Shown here piece by piece: positions 1 through 10,100 of a stretch of DNA of 64,000 nucleotides. Each line of letters begins with the position of its first letter. Position 1 is the first letter of the stretch. Under the pieces are notes generated by a model. That model was not told where the DNA came from. It was given only the letters and a program-made list of their open reading frames with translations, and searched no databases. The stretch is from Planctomycetota bacterium. Lineage in GTDB: Bacteria > Planctomycetota > B15-G4 > SIAN01. The DNA lies in assembly GCA_016795285.1 (NCBI GenBank), contig JAEUIC010000030.1:148435-212434 (forward strand), given 5' to 3'. The position numbers and the translations under genes were made by a program.

Positions 1-104
1 TCTACGGCCTCTCCGACGGATTGCTGCGCGACCTCGGCGTCGCCTGCTCGTCGGACGAGGAGGCGCAGGCGCTGCAACGCCGTCTCGAGCGCCCGCAGGC
101 CTGA
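1..104 (+). CDS. 3' end of an unidentified CDS (partial, enters from the left edge)
   Basis: Open frame from base 3 reads ...YGLSDGLLRDLGVACSSDEEAQALQRRLERPQA, with TGA at 102-104. Third positions are G/C-rich. Too short to assign a family. Confidence 0.3.
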   Translation, partial: YGLSDGLLRDLGVACSSDEEAQALQRRLERPQA

Positions 105-247
105 ACGCCCGCCGGCCGGACCTTCAGCCGCCGTTCGTGTCCGGCCGTTGGTTCGACAAGTTCGAACGATCCGTGCCGAAGTGCTGGTTTGATCTTCCGA
201 GCCGAGAGCCGAAACTCCCGCCATCGAAACGCAGGAGGAACGGCCCC

Positions 248-556
248 ATGCGCATCGCGATCTCGATCCGGCCCGACGTCGGCGGCAGCGTCCGCGAGCT
301 CCTCGAGCGGCGCCTCGGCTACGCGCTCGCGCGCCATGCAGGGCGCTTGCGCTCCGTGACCGCGCTGCTCGAGCGCGGCGTCGACTCGGTCGGGCTGGCG
401 GTGATCGTCGTGCCGCGCGGCGGCGCGCCGTTCCACCTGCGCGAGGAGTCGCGCGATCCGGGGATCGCCCTCGATCGCGCGGCGCGACGGCTGCAGCGGG
501 CGTTGCGCCTGCGTTACGGCGCGCCCGCGGACGAACGCTCCCACCTGGCTTCGTGA
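248..556 (+). CDS. Small hypothetical protein, possibly an HPF/RaiA-like (ribosome-associated) fold
   Basis: ATG at 248 is preceded by AGGAGG. The 102-aa product MRIAISIRPDVGGSVRELLERRLGYALARH...AGRLRSVTALLER...EESRDPGIALDRAARRLQRALRLR follows the spacing of YfiA/HPF proteins. The ORF track extends the frame to 137, but there is no RBS there. Confidence 0.4.
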   Translation: MRIAISIRPDVGGSVRELLERRLGYALARHAGRLRSVTALLERGVDSVGLAVIVVPRGGAPFHLREESRDPGIALDRAARRLQRALRLRYGAPADERSHLAS

Positions 557-568
557 CGGAGGCTTCCC

Positions 569-1447
569 ATGAAGATGAGGAATCAGGTTCGCACCATCGT
601 CCTGCTCGGCCTGCTCTCGACCGTGCTGGTCGTGGCGGGCGGTTCGCTCGGCGGCGGCTGGCTGCTCGGCTCGATCGTCTTCGCGGTGGCGCTCAACCTC
701 GGCGCGTGGCTCTTCTCCGACCGCATCGTGCTGCGCTCGACCGGGGCGCAGGAGGTCGGCCCCGCCGAAGCGCCGCGGCTCCACCAGCTGGTGGCGGAGC
801 TCGCCGGCCGCGCCGACCTGCCGATGCCCAAGGTGGCGATCGTCCCGAGCGACGAGCCGAACGCCTTCGCCACCGGCCGCAGCCCGGAGCGCGCCGTGGT
901 CGCCGTCTCGACCGGGCTGCTGCGCGTGCTGGACGAGCGCGAGCTGCGCGGCGTGATCGCCCACGAGCTCGCCCATGTGAAGAACCGCGACACGCTGGTC
1001 GCCACCATCGCCGCGATGATGGGCAGCGCGATCAGCGGCGTGGCGCAGGTGGTGCAGTTCGGCGCGCTCTTCGGCGGCCACTCCGACGAGGAGGAGCAGG
1101 GCCAGGGCGGCGGGCTCCTCTTCGCGCTGCTGGCGCCGATCGCCGCGACGCTGGTGCAGCTCGGCATCTCGCGGCAGCGCGAGTACCTCGCCGACGCGAC
1201 CGGCGCCGCGATCGCGGGCGACGCGGACGGCCTCGCCTCCGCGCTGCAGAAGATCGAGGCGGTCGGCCGCTGGCGCGCCGAATCGGGCGAGCCGGCGGAG
1301 GCGCATCCCGCCACCGTCGCGCTCGGCATCGCGAGCCCCGTCATGGGCGGCGGCCTCGCGCGCTGGTTCTCCACGCACCCACCGGTCGCGGAACGGGTGG
1401 CGCGCCTGCGCCGCCTCGATCCCGCGACGTTCGCCCGCGCTGCCTGA
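569..1447 (+). CDS. htpX: M48-family zinc metalloprotease HtpX
   Basis: GGAGG RBS. Two N-terminal TM helices, an HELAHVKNRD (HExxH) zinc motif, further TM helices and a C-terminal STHPPVAERV motif typical of HtpX. Confidence 0.9.
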   Translation: MKMRNQVRTIVLLGLLSTVLVVAGGSLGGGWLLGSIVFAVALNLGAWLFSDRIVLRSTGAQEVGPAEAPRLHQLVAELAGRADLPMPKVAIVPSDEPNAFATGRSPERAVVAVSTGLLRVLDERELRGVIAHELAHVKNRDTLVATIAAMMGSAISGVAQVVQFGALFGGHSDEEEQGQGGGLLFALLAPIAATLVQLGISRQREYLADATGAAIAGDADGLASALQKIEAVGRWRAESGEPAEAHPATVALGIASPVMGGGLARWFSTHPPVAERVARLRRLDPATFARAA

Positions 1448-1581
1448 CGGCGGCGCACTCGTCGCCGGCGCCCGGCCTCCCTCTCCGGGCGAAGCGGCGG
1501 GGTTCCCTCGGCGCGCCGCGGTGCCATCCGCCGCGGCGCGCCTCTTCGTCTCGCTCCTGCGGATCCTGAAAGGTCGCACTC

Positions 1582-2655
1582 GTGGAACTGATGACGCTCC
1601 TCCTCCTGGTCGGCGGCTTCGTCGTGCTGCTCGTCGGCGGCGAGCTGCTGGTGCGCCACTCGGCGCGCTTCGCGGCGTTGGTCGGCATGTCGCCGCTGGT
1701 GATCGGGCTCACCATCGTCGCCTTCGGGACGAGCGCCCCCGAGCTGGCGGTGAGCGTGATCGCCGGGCTCGAAGGGAAGGGCGACGTCGCGGTCGGCAAC
1801 GTCCTCGGCAGCAACATCTTCAACGTGCTCTTCATCCTCGGTGCGTGCGCCGCGATCAGCCCGCTCTTCGTCGGCAGGACGCTGGCGTGGATCGACATCC
1901 CGATCATGGTCGGCAGCGCGCTGCTGGTGCCGTTCTGCGCGCGCGACGGCCACGTGCAGTGGGTCGAGGGGGCGCTGCTGGTCGGCGGCCTCGCCGCCTA
2001 CACCCTCTTCGTGGTGCGCCGCGAGCTGAAGGGTGGCGCGGAGGGCGCGGCGAGCGGCGCGACCCCCGCGGCCGCGCAAGGGAGCAAGGGCTCGGCGCTC
2101 CTCTTCATCGTCGGCGGCCTCGCGCTGCTGGTGCTCGGCTCGCGCTGGTTCGTCGACGGGGCGGTGCGCGCGGCGCAGTCGTTCGGCGTGAGCGAGCTGG
2201 TGATCGGCCTCACCATCGTCGCCGCCGGCACCTCGCTGCCCGAGGTGATCACCTCGATCCTCGCGACGGCTCGCGGCCAGCGCGAGATCGCCGCCGGGAA
2301 CGTGGTCGGCAGCAACATCTTCAACGTGCTCGGCGTGCTCGGCATGTCGACCGTCGCGAACGGCAGCGTCGCGGTGTCGCAGCAGGCGCGCACGTTCGAC
2401 CTGCCGATCATGATCGCCGTCTCCCTGCTCCTCTTCGCGGCGGTGGCGCGCAGCTTCAGGATCGCGCGGCTGCACGGCGTGCTGTTCCTGGTCGGGTACG
2501 CGTGCTACACCGCGTGGCTGGTGCTGGACGCCAGCAAGTCGACCGCGCTGCCGCAGTTCGAGCGGGCGCTCTGGTGGGTCGGCCTGCCGACGGCCGCGCT
2601 GCTGCTGCTGGCGACGCTGCTGCGTCGGCCGGCCGATCGGCCGCAGCCGGCGTGA
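1582..2655 (+). CDS. CaCA-family Ca2+/Na+ (K+-dependent) antiporter, YrbG-like
   Basis: Polytopic membrane protein. It has two alpha-repeat signatures: GTSAPELAVSV...GNVLGSNIFNVL and GTSLPEVITS...GNVVGSNIFNVL. The start is GTG 1582 or ATG 1591. Confidence 0.85.
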   Translation: MELMTLLLLVGGFVVLLVGGELLVRHSARFAALVGMSPLVIGLTIVAFGTSAPELAVSVIAGLEGKGDVAVGNVLGSNIFNVLFILGACAAISPLFVGRTLAWIDIPIMVGSALLVPFCARDGHVQWVEGALLVGGLAAYTLFVVRRELKGGAEGAASGATPAAAQGSKGSALLFIVGGLALLVLGSRWFVDGAVRAAQSFGVSELVIGLTIVAAGTSLPEVITSILATARGQREIAAGNVVGSNIFNVLGVLGMSTVANGSVAVSQQARTFDLPIMIAVSLLLFAAVARSFRIARLHGVLFLVGYACYTAWLVLDASKSTALPQFERALWWVGLPTAALLLLATLLRRPADRPQPA

Positions 2656-2688
2656 TCGGCGCGACGCGCACCGGAGGATGACTGCCTG

Positions 2689-3966
2689 ATGAACGAGCTT
2701 CCGTCCCGTCCCGCCAGCGGCGCCCCGGTCGCGCCGATCGAGCGCCTCCTCGCGCCGCTGCGCCGCCTGCTCCACGTCGAGTCGGCGAGCGGCGTCGTGC
2801 TGCTCGCCTGCACCGCGCTGGCGCTGGCGGCGGCCAACTCGCCGCTCGCCGCGTCATTCGCCGCCTTCTGGCATGCGCCGGTGGCGCTGACGCTCGGCCC
2901 CTTCACGCTCGCCGGCGATCTCGGCCACCTCGTCGTCAACGACGGCTTGATGGCGCTCTTCTTCTTCGTGGTCGGCCTCGAGATCAAGCGCGAACTCGCG
3001 GTCGGCGAGCTGCGCGATCCGCGCAAGGCGCTGCTGCCGGTGGTGGCCGCGGTGGGCGGCATGGTCGTCCCGGCGGCGCTCTTCCTGCTGCTGCAGTGGG
3101 GCGAGCCCGGCCAGCGCGGCTTCGCGATCCCGATGGCGACCGACATCGCCTTCGTGGTCGGCTTCCTCGCGCTGTTCGGCCCGCGCGTGCCCTCCGGGTT
3201 GAAGCTCTTCCTGCTCACGCTGGCCATCGTGGATGACCTCGGCGCGGTGGTGGTGATCGCGCTCGGCTACTCGGGTCCGCTCGCGCTCGGCTGGCTGGCG
3301 GCGGCGGCGGCCGGGCTGGCGCTGGTGGTCGCGCTGCAGCGGCTCGGCGTGCGGGCGGTCGCGCCCTACGTCGCGGTGGGCGCGTTCGTCTGGCTCGCGA
3401 CGCTGCGCTGCGGCGTCCATCCGACCGTCGCCGGCGTCTTCCTCGGGCTGCTGACGCCGGCGCGCCCGTCGCCGGCGGCGGGGGAGACGGAGGCGCCGCT
3501 GGTGCGGCTCGAGCGGGCGCTCCACCCGTGGGTCGCGTTCGCGATCATGCCGCTCTTCGCGCTGGCCAACGCCGGCGTCGCCTTCGACGGTTCGGCGCTG
3601 CGCGAGCCGGTGGCGCTCGCCGTCGTCGTCGGCCTGTTCGTCGGCAAGCCGCTCGGCATCACGCTGTTCAGCTGGCTCTCCGTGAAGAGCGGCGCGACGC
3701 GGCTGCCGGCCGGCGTGACGTGGCCGATGCTGATCGGCGGCGGCTGCCTCGCCGGGATCGGCTTCACGATGGCGCTCTTCATCAACGGGCTCGCGTTCCC
3801 CGTGGCGCAGTTCCCGCAGCTCGAGGCGGCCGGGAAGCTCGGCATCCTGATCGGGTCGGCGGCGAGCGTGCTGCTCGGCGCCCTGCTGCTCGCCCTCGCC
3901 TTCCGCGCGGCTGCCGGCCGCGCCACCGCACCGAGCGCGCTCCCGGACGCGGGCGGGCCTGCGTAG
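2689..3966 (+). CDS. nhaA: Na+/H+ antiporter NhaA
   Basis: 425-aa polytopic protein with NhaA hallmarks: FFFVVGLEIKRE, AIPMATDIAF, LTLAIVDDLGAVVVIA. Confidence 0.9.
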   Translation: MNELPSRPASGAPVAPIERLLAPLRRLLHVESASGVVLLACTALALAAANSPLAASFAAFWHAPVALTLGPFTLAGDLGHLVVNDGLMALFFFVVGLEIKRELAVGELRDPRKALLPVVAAVGGMVVPAALFLLLQWGEPGQRGFAIPMATDIAFVVGFLALFGPRVPSGLKLFLLTLAIVDDLGAVVVIALGYSGPLALGWLAAAAAGLALVVALQRLGVRAVAPYVAVGAFVWLATLRCGVHPTVAGVFLGLLTPARPSPAAGETEAPLVRLERALHPWVAFAIMPLFALANAGVAFDGSALREPVALAVVVGLFVGKPLGITLFSWLSVKSGATRLPAGVTWPMLIGGGCLAGIGFTMALFINGLAFPVAQFPQLEAAGKLGILIGSAASVLLGALLLALAFRAAAGRATAPSALPDAGGPA

Positions 3967-4072
3967 GCCGGCTCGTCGCCGGCAGCGCTACGCTGTCCGC
4001 CGACTTCCACCGCCTTCCTCCTCTTCGCAACGCGTACCGGGCGCCCCGCCCACAACCGCCGAAAGAGCCTTC

Positions 4073-5980
4073 GTGTCGACCCCGCAACGAGCCCCTGAAC
4101 CGAAGCGCAAGGCGCGCTTCCACGTCGTCTTCCTGCTGCTCGCCGTCACCGGCGTCCTCTTCCTGCACGAGCTGATCGACGGCGCGACGGTGAAGCGGAT
4201 CGACTACAGCGAGTTCCTCGAGCGGCTGGAGAAGAAGGGGCTCGACGAGGTGATCGTCGCGGCCGACGAGATCCGCGGCGTCTTCGTCGACCCCGCGACC
4301 GGCGAGCAGTCGGCGTTCGTCACCACCCGCCTCGACCCGAAGCTGGCGGAGGAGCTGAAGGAGGCGGGCGTCAAATTCCGCGGCCAGCCGCAGTCGCTGC
4401 TGGTCGGCGTCTTCTCGTGGCTGCTGCCGATCGGCTTCTTCGTGGTGATCTGGATCCTGATGAACCGGCAGATGGGGGGCAAGGGCGCCGCCGGCTTCAT
4501 GAACATCGGCAAGAGCAAGGCGCGCGTCTACGTCGAGAGCGACACGAAGGTCACCTTCGCCGACGTCGCCGGCGTCGACGAGGCGAAGGACGAGCTGAAG
4601 GAGATCGTCGAGTTCCTGAAGGACCCGGTCGGCCACGGGCGGCTCGGCGGCCGCATGCCGCGCGGCGTGATGCTGGTCGGCCCGCCGGGCACCGGCAAGA
4701 CGCTGCTGGCGCGCGCGGTGGCGGGCGAGGCGGGCGTGCCCTTCTTCTCGATCAGCGGCTCCGAGTTCGTCGAGATGTTCGTCGGCGTCGGCGCCGCGCG
4801 CGTGCGCGACCTGTTCGAGCAAGCCAAGGAGAAGGCGCCCGCGATCATCTTCATCGACGAGCTCGACGCGCTCGGCAAGGCGCGCGGCGCCGGCCCGATG
4901 TACGGCGGCCACGACGAGAAGGAGCAGACGCTGAACCAGCTCCTCGTGGAGCTCGACGGCTTCGACCCGCGTGCCGGCATCGTGCTGATCGCCGCCACCA
5001 ACCGGCCCGAGATCCTCGATCCGGCGCTGCTGCGCGCCGGCCGCTTCGATCGCCAGGTGCTGGTCGACCGGCCCGACCAGCGCGGCCGCGTGCAGATCCT
5101 CGAGGTCCACCTGAAGAAGGTGAAGACGGCGCCCGGCCTGCAGGTGGAGCAGGTCGCCGCGCTCACGCCCGGCTTCACCGGCGCCGACCTCGCCAACCTC
5201 TGCAACGAGGCGGCGCTGGTGGCCACGCGCCGCAAGGGCGATCTGGTCGAGCTCGCCGACTTCACCATCGCGGTGGAGCGGATCGTCGCCGGCCTCGAGA
5301 AGAGGAACCGCATCCTGAACGAGCGCGAGCGCAAGATCGTCGCGCACCACGAGATGGGCCACGCGATCGTCGCCGCCGCCACGCCGGGCGCCGATCCGGT
5401 CCACAAGGTCTCGGTGATCCCGCGCGGCATCGGGGCGTTGGGCTACACGATGCAGCGGCCGACCGAGGACCGCTTCCTCATGACGCGCGAGGAGCTCGAG
5501 AGCAAGATGGCCGTGCTGCTCGGCGGTCGCGCCGCCGAGCACTTGGTGTGGGGCCACTTCTCGACCGGCGCCTCGGACGACCTCGAGCGGGCGACGCGCA
5601 TCGCGCGCAGCATGGTCGCGCGCTACGGCATGACCGAGCTCGGCCACGTCTCCTACGACGAGGACGTCGGCCACTTCCTGCAGCAGGGCAACCCCTTCGC
5701 GCCGCGCAGCGACAAGTCGGACGCGACCGCGCGCGAGATCGACGTCGCGGTCCGGGCGCTGGTGGAGGCCGCCTTCGCCCGCGCGCGCGCGATCCTCGCC
5801 GAGCACCAGCCGGTGCTCCTCGACGCGGCGCAGCAGCTGCTGGCGAAGGAGACGCTCACCGAGGCGGAACTGAAGCCGATCTTCGAGCGCCTGAAGAAGG
5901 GCGGCGAAGCGGCGAAGGAGCCGGGCGGCGCGCCCGCCAGCGGCGGCGATCCCGCGGCGAGCAGCAGCCCGCCCGCCTGA
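4073..5980 (+). CDS. ftsH: ATP-dependent zinc metalloprotease FtsH
   Basis: Two TM helices, Walker [12 protein letters not shown], Walker [33 protein letters not shown] and zinc motif [11 protein letters not shown] start. Confidence 0.95.
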   Translation: MSTPQRAPEPKRKARFHVVFLLLAVTGVLFLHELIDGATVKRIDYSEFLERLEKKGLDEVIVAADEIRGVFVDPATGEQSAFVTTRLDPKLAEELKEAGVKFRGQPQSLLVGVFSWLLPIGFFVVIWILMNRQMGGKGAAGFMNIGKSKARVYVESDTKVTFADVAGVDEAKDELKEIVEFLKDPVGHGRLGGRMPRGVMLVGPPGTGKTLLARAVAGEAGVPFFSISGSEFVEMFVGVGAARVRDLFEQAKEKAPAIIFIDELDALGKARGAGPMYGGHDEKEQTLNQLLVELDGFDPRAGIVLIAATNRPEILDPALLRAGRFDRQVLVDRPDQRGRVQILEVHLKKVKTAPGLQVEQVAALTPGFTGADLANLCNEAALVATRRKGDLVELADFTIAVERIVAGLEKRNRILNERERKIVAHHEMGHAIVAAATPGADPVHKVSVIPRGIGALGYTMQRPTEDRFLMTREELESKMAVLLGGRAAEHLVWGHFSTGASDDLERATRIARSMVARYGMTELGHVSYDEDVGHFLQQGNPFAPRSDKSDATAREIDVAVRALVEAAFARARAILAEHQPVLLDAAQQLLAKETLTEAELKPIFERLKKGGEAAKEPGGAPASGGDPAASSSPPA

Positions 5981-6004
5981 GCCCGCCGCGGCGCGCGGCG
6001 CCCT

Positions 6005-6025
6005 GATCGCGGCGCTGCCGCGATC
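6005..6025 (+). terminator. Possible stem-loop after ftsH (GATCGCGGC-GCT-GCCGCGATC)
   Basis: Perfect 9-bp inverted repeat with a 3-nt loop, 25 nt after the ftsH stop. No T-tract follows. Confidence 0.3.
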
Positions 6026-6064
6026 GCAGCGTCACCGACCGGAGCGAGCGTCGTCCTCGAGACG

Positions 6065-7078
6065 ATGAACGACGCCCTCCACGACCACTTCTTCCGCGCG
6101 ATCTTCAGCGTTCCCGCGCGCGCCGGAGCGGAGCTCCGCTCGGTGCTTCCGCCCGCGGTGACGGCGGCGCTCGACTGGCCGACGCTCGCCGTCGTGCCGG
6201 GCACGTTCGTCGATGACGAGCTGCGCGGCCGCGCGGCCGACCTCCTCTTCACCGTGCGGCGGCGGGACGGCGGCGACGCGCTCGTCCATCTGCTGTTCGA
6301 GCACCAGAGCACCTTCGATCGCTGGCTGCCGTTGCGGCTGCTCGAGTACCAGGCGCGCATCTGGGAGCGCTGGCGACGCGACCATCCGCGGGCAGGGAAG
6401 CTGCCGCGCATCGTGGCGGTCGTGCTCCACCAGGGCGAGCAGCCGTGGCCGGTCGCGGCGCACTTCCGCGACCTGCTCGATTGCGCGCGCGAACGGGAGT
6501 CCGACCCGCTCGACGCCACCAGCGTCGACTTCCGCTTCATCGTCGACGACCTGGCCGCGTGCAGCGACGCAGAGCTCCGCGGACGAGCGCTCGATGCGGT
6601 GGCGTTGCTGGCGCTGCTCTCGCTGCGCCACGCCCGCTCGTCACGCGATCTCGGCCAGCTCATGGTTGAGTGGGCGACGCTGTTCAATGCGGCGCTCGTC
6701 GCGCCGGGAGGGCGCGAGGCGCTGCTGCTGGTGCTGCGCTATCTTTCGCGCGTGAAGGACGTGCGCGAGCCGGAGCTGTTCACGGAGGCGCGCCTCCCGA
6801 TGGTGGCACCCGAGGTACGAGCCATGGGCATGACGGCTGCGGATCGCTGGATCGAGCAGGGGCGCCAGAAGGGGCTCCAGCAGGGGCGCCAGGAGGGGCG
6901 CCAGGAGGGGCAGTTCGAGGCGCAGCGATCCGTGCTGCGCCGTCTGCTGGCGAAGCGGTTCGGAGCGATCGCGTCCGATGTCGAGCGGCGGATCGCCGCT
7001 GCCACGCCCGCCGACCTCGAGCGCTGGATCGAGCGCGTGCTCGACGCCCCCTCGGCCGAGGCGGTGGTGGCGGGCTGA
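6065..7078 (+). CDS. Rpn-family recombination-promoting nuclease / putative transposase (YhgA-like PD-(D/E)xK)
   Basis: N-terminus HDHFFRAIF...DLLF.V....ALVHLLFEHQS, plus a C-terminal QGRQKGLQQGRQEGRQEGQFEAQRSVLRRLLAKRFG module. Both are typical of this family. Confidence 0.75.
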   Translation: MNDALHDHFFRAIFSVPARAGAELRSVLPPAVTAALDWPTLAVVPGTFVDDELRGRAADLLFTVRRRDGGDALVHLLFEHQSTFDRWLPLRLLEYQARIWERWRRDHPRAGKLPRIVAVVLHQGEQPWPVAAHFRDLLDCARERESDPLDATSVDFRFIVDDLAACSDAELRGRALDAVALLALLSLRHARSSRDLGQLMVEWATLFNAALVAPGGREALLLVLRYLSRVKDVREPELFTEARLPMVAPEVRAMGMTAADRWIEQGRQKGLQQGRQEGRQEGQFEAQRSVLRRLLAKRFGAIASDVERRIAAATPADLERWIERVLDAPSAEAVVAG

Positions 7079-7107
7079 AGCGCCGTCGCAAGCCGCCGTC
7101 GACGTGG

Positions 7108-10100
7108 TCAGCGCGGTACGGGCGGCGCGAGCGGCGTGCAGCGCAGCTTGAGCCTGAGCTCGCCGCCGCCGAGCGTGACGGTGCCCCCCGCGTCGGGGAG
7201 CGCGACGAACTGATCGAGGTGGAGGCGGCGCGCGCGGAGCTCCTCGACGGAGAGCTTCGCCGCGTCGTCGAGTGCGCGCAGAAGCGGTGGCTCGTCGAGC
7301 AGGCAGGCGGCGGCGACGACGCGCAGCGAGCGGCCCGCGCCATCGCGCGACGGGGCGAGCGAGACGACGAAGCCGTCGACCCACGCCTCGACATCGGGGT
7401 TGAACGTCGCGGCGTCATTGGCGACGTCGACCTCCCACCCGGCGATCCGCCGCCCCTCGACGCCGCCCGCGACCACGAGGCGCCGCCCGCCGAGCGGGGC
7501 GACCGCGAACGAGGCCAGTACGCCGCCGCGCGCATCCTCGAGCGTCGCCTCGATCGAGAGGGCGCCAGAGAGCGCGTCGGCGAGGCGATCGGCCGGCAGC
7601 TCGTCGTCGAGGAGGGGCAGGAAGGTCTCGCGGGTCGTCGCGAGGTGACCCAGCAGGCACGATTCGAGCGACTCGTCGCCGCCGTCGAACGCGGCCGCCC
7701 AACCATCGTCGAAGAGGCCCTCGCGCGGCGCATCCGGCAGCAGCTCCGTGACCGCGAGGAGGTGCTGGCCCGGTCGATCGGGCAGCGGCGGCGGCGTTCC
7801 GAACAACTCGATCTCGAGCACGAGGTCGCACGGACCGCCGACGCCCGCCACGCGGCACGGTACGCGCGCCGTGGCGCCCTCGGCGAGGAAGAGCTCGCCC
7901 GAGAAACCGAGGAAGGCGCTGCGCGGCTGGTCGATCGAGCCGCAGGCGCGCCGCTTGAAGAGCGTCGACTCGCTGTGGAGCGTCGCGATCGCGGTCGGCT
8001 CGTAGCGCCCGGTCGGCGCCGCCGGCTCCGACGCGGAGAGCGCCAGCGCCAGCAGCGTGCCGCCCGCGACCGCCTCGCAGCGCGCGACCAGCTCGAGGCC
8101 GGCGAAGAGCTCGCCGGAGATCGGGTCGGCGCCGGAGCTGCGCTCGCAGATCTCGATCTCCCAGTCGCGCACGTCGGTCTCGCGCGTGCCGGCCATCAAG
8201 CGCGCCGGGATGCGGTCGCGCAGCGCGGCGCGCAGCATGGCGATCTCCCGGCGGCCGTCGGCCGTGCGCACGCGGACGCGCAGTTCGCGGGACGGCGCGA
8301 GGCGCGCATCGAGCCAGGCCATCCGCGCGGCGACGCGATCGGCGACGTCGAGCGGCGCGCGCACGACGAGCTCGTCGCCGTCGGTCGTGACGCTCGCAGC
8401 GTCGTCGCTCCACGTTTCGGGCGCGACAGCTGCTGTCGCGAAGAGTTCGAGGTCGCTGTCGTCGAAGAGCGTCTCGGCGTCGCGCTTCTGCTGCAGATCG
8501 GCCGACCCGGCGGCAGGCAGCGTGTTGGCTCCCGTGGCGATGGGGAGCAGCGCGATCGTGCCGGCGTCGGTCGCCACCTCGGCCCGCAGCGAGCCGATCG
8601 GCAGGCGCCGCTCCACCGGCACCCGGCTCGGCGACGGCGGGGTCCCGGTCTCGCGAGGTGCGTGGATCGCGTTGGTCAGCGAGAGTTCGAGCGAAAGGTC
8701 GCCGCTGCCGAGCACCACCTGGCCGCCGGCTGCGCCGAACCGCCGCGTCTCCTGCAGCGCCAGCACGCGCACCCGCTCGTGGTCGAGCGCGCGCTGCTCC
8801 GCGTCGCCGAGCGCGCGGAGCTTCGGCGGCTCGAGCGCGAAGCGCAGCGCGCCGTCGACGTCGAGGTCGAGGTTCCCGCCGATCGCGCGACGCGCCAGGA
8901 AGCGCAGCGCGAACCCCTCGATCGCCGGCTCGATCTCGGGGTGGTTGCCGTTCGCGTCGCAGGCGACGTCGACGTCCCAATCGGCCAGCCGCAGCCGCTC
9001 GCGCCCCGACCAGAGGGCGAGCGGCCGCCCCGCGATCAGCGGCGCGGCGAAGCGCGCCAGCGTGCGCCCCGCGCCATCGCGGAGGGTCGCGGAGAGGGCG
9101 AGCGGCGGCGGGACGGCGGCGCGCGCCGCGAGCGCCGCTTCGAGGCGCGGGAGGCTCGCGTCGCTGACGCGGGCGAAGAGGTAGCCGGGACGCATCGCCA
9201 GCTCGTCGTCGTCGGCGAGGCGGGCGGCGTCGCGCAGCCGATCGGCGTCGGCGTCGGGGGCGCGTGCCGCCGCGAAGCGCGCCGTCGCGTACCCCGTCGC
9301 ATCGTCGTCCAGCATGAAGGCGTCGAAGAGCCACGACTTCGGCGCGCCGATCTCGATGCCGCCGAGCCCGCGCCCGCCGCGCGAGCCGACCACGAACTGC
9401 CGCGGCGTCGCGTCGTCCGGGTGAGGCGCGACCGCGAAGCGGGTCGAGAGCGGCCGCTCGTCGCCGACCACGCGCAGGTCGACCAGGAAGCTCGCCGGCC
9501 CGTCGATCGTCTCGACCTGGCAGGGAATCCAGAGCGCGGCGCCGTCGTCGAGGCGGAAGGTGCCGGCGAGCGAGACGAAGGCGTTGCGCGTCTCGGCGAC
9601 GGCGCCGGCCGCCGGCCGATCGAGCGCCTCCTCGTCGAGCAGCAGCATGTTGCTGCCGGGGATCTCCTTCGGGCGCTCCTCGGTCGGCTCGACCTCGCGC
9701 AGCGCGAGATCGAGCAGCGTCGCGCGCTCGAGGCGCGTGCTGCGGGCGGCGAGCTCGAGGCCGAGCCGGAGCTCGCGGTGGATCGGCGCCGCGGCGGCGA
9801 TGGCGTGGGCGATCTCGACCGCGAAGTCGACCACCTGCGCGCGCGACGCGCCGGCGCGCAGCCGCTGCACGACCGCATCGCGCAACTGCAGCGTCGCGCT
9901 GCGCACCAGCGTGGCGCCGCCCTGTTGCGCTTCGGCCAGCGCCGCGTCGGCCTGCGCGATCGGGCGCGCACCGCCGGCCGCGAAGGCGCCATCGAAGGCG
10001 GCGCCCGCCGGCACCGGCGACAGCACGCGCACCTCGAGCTGCGCGTGGGTGGCGAGCGCGCGCGAGAGCTGCGCGAGGAACGCTGCCACCTCCGCCTGCA

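Noticed and set aside
2-2775. 525-aa and 730-aa minus-strand ORFs and the 338/386-aa plus-strand alternative frames
   Set aside because: They overlap htpX and the CaCA antiporter, both of which have strong motifs. The alternative frames are Arg/Ala/Gly/Pro low complexity.
6065-7078. Calling the Rpn gene a mobile element or IS
   Set aside because: I detected no terminal inverted repeats, target-site duplication or additional transposition genes around it. It is reported only as a CDS.
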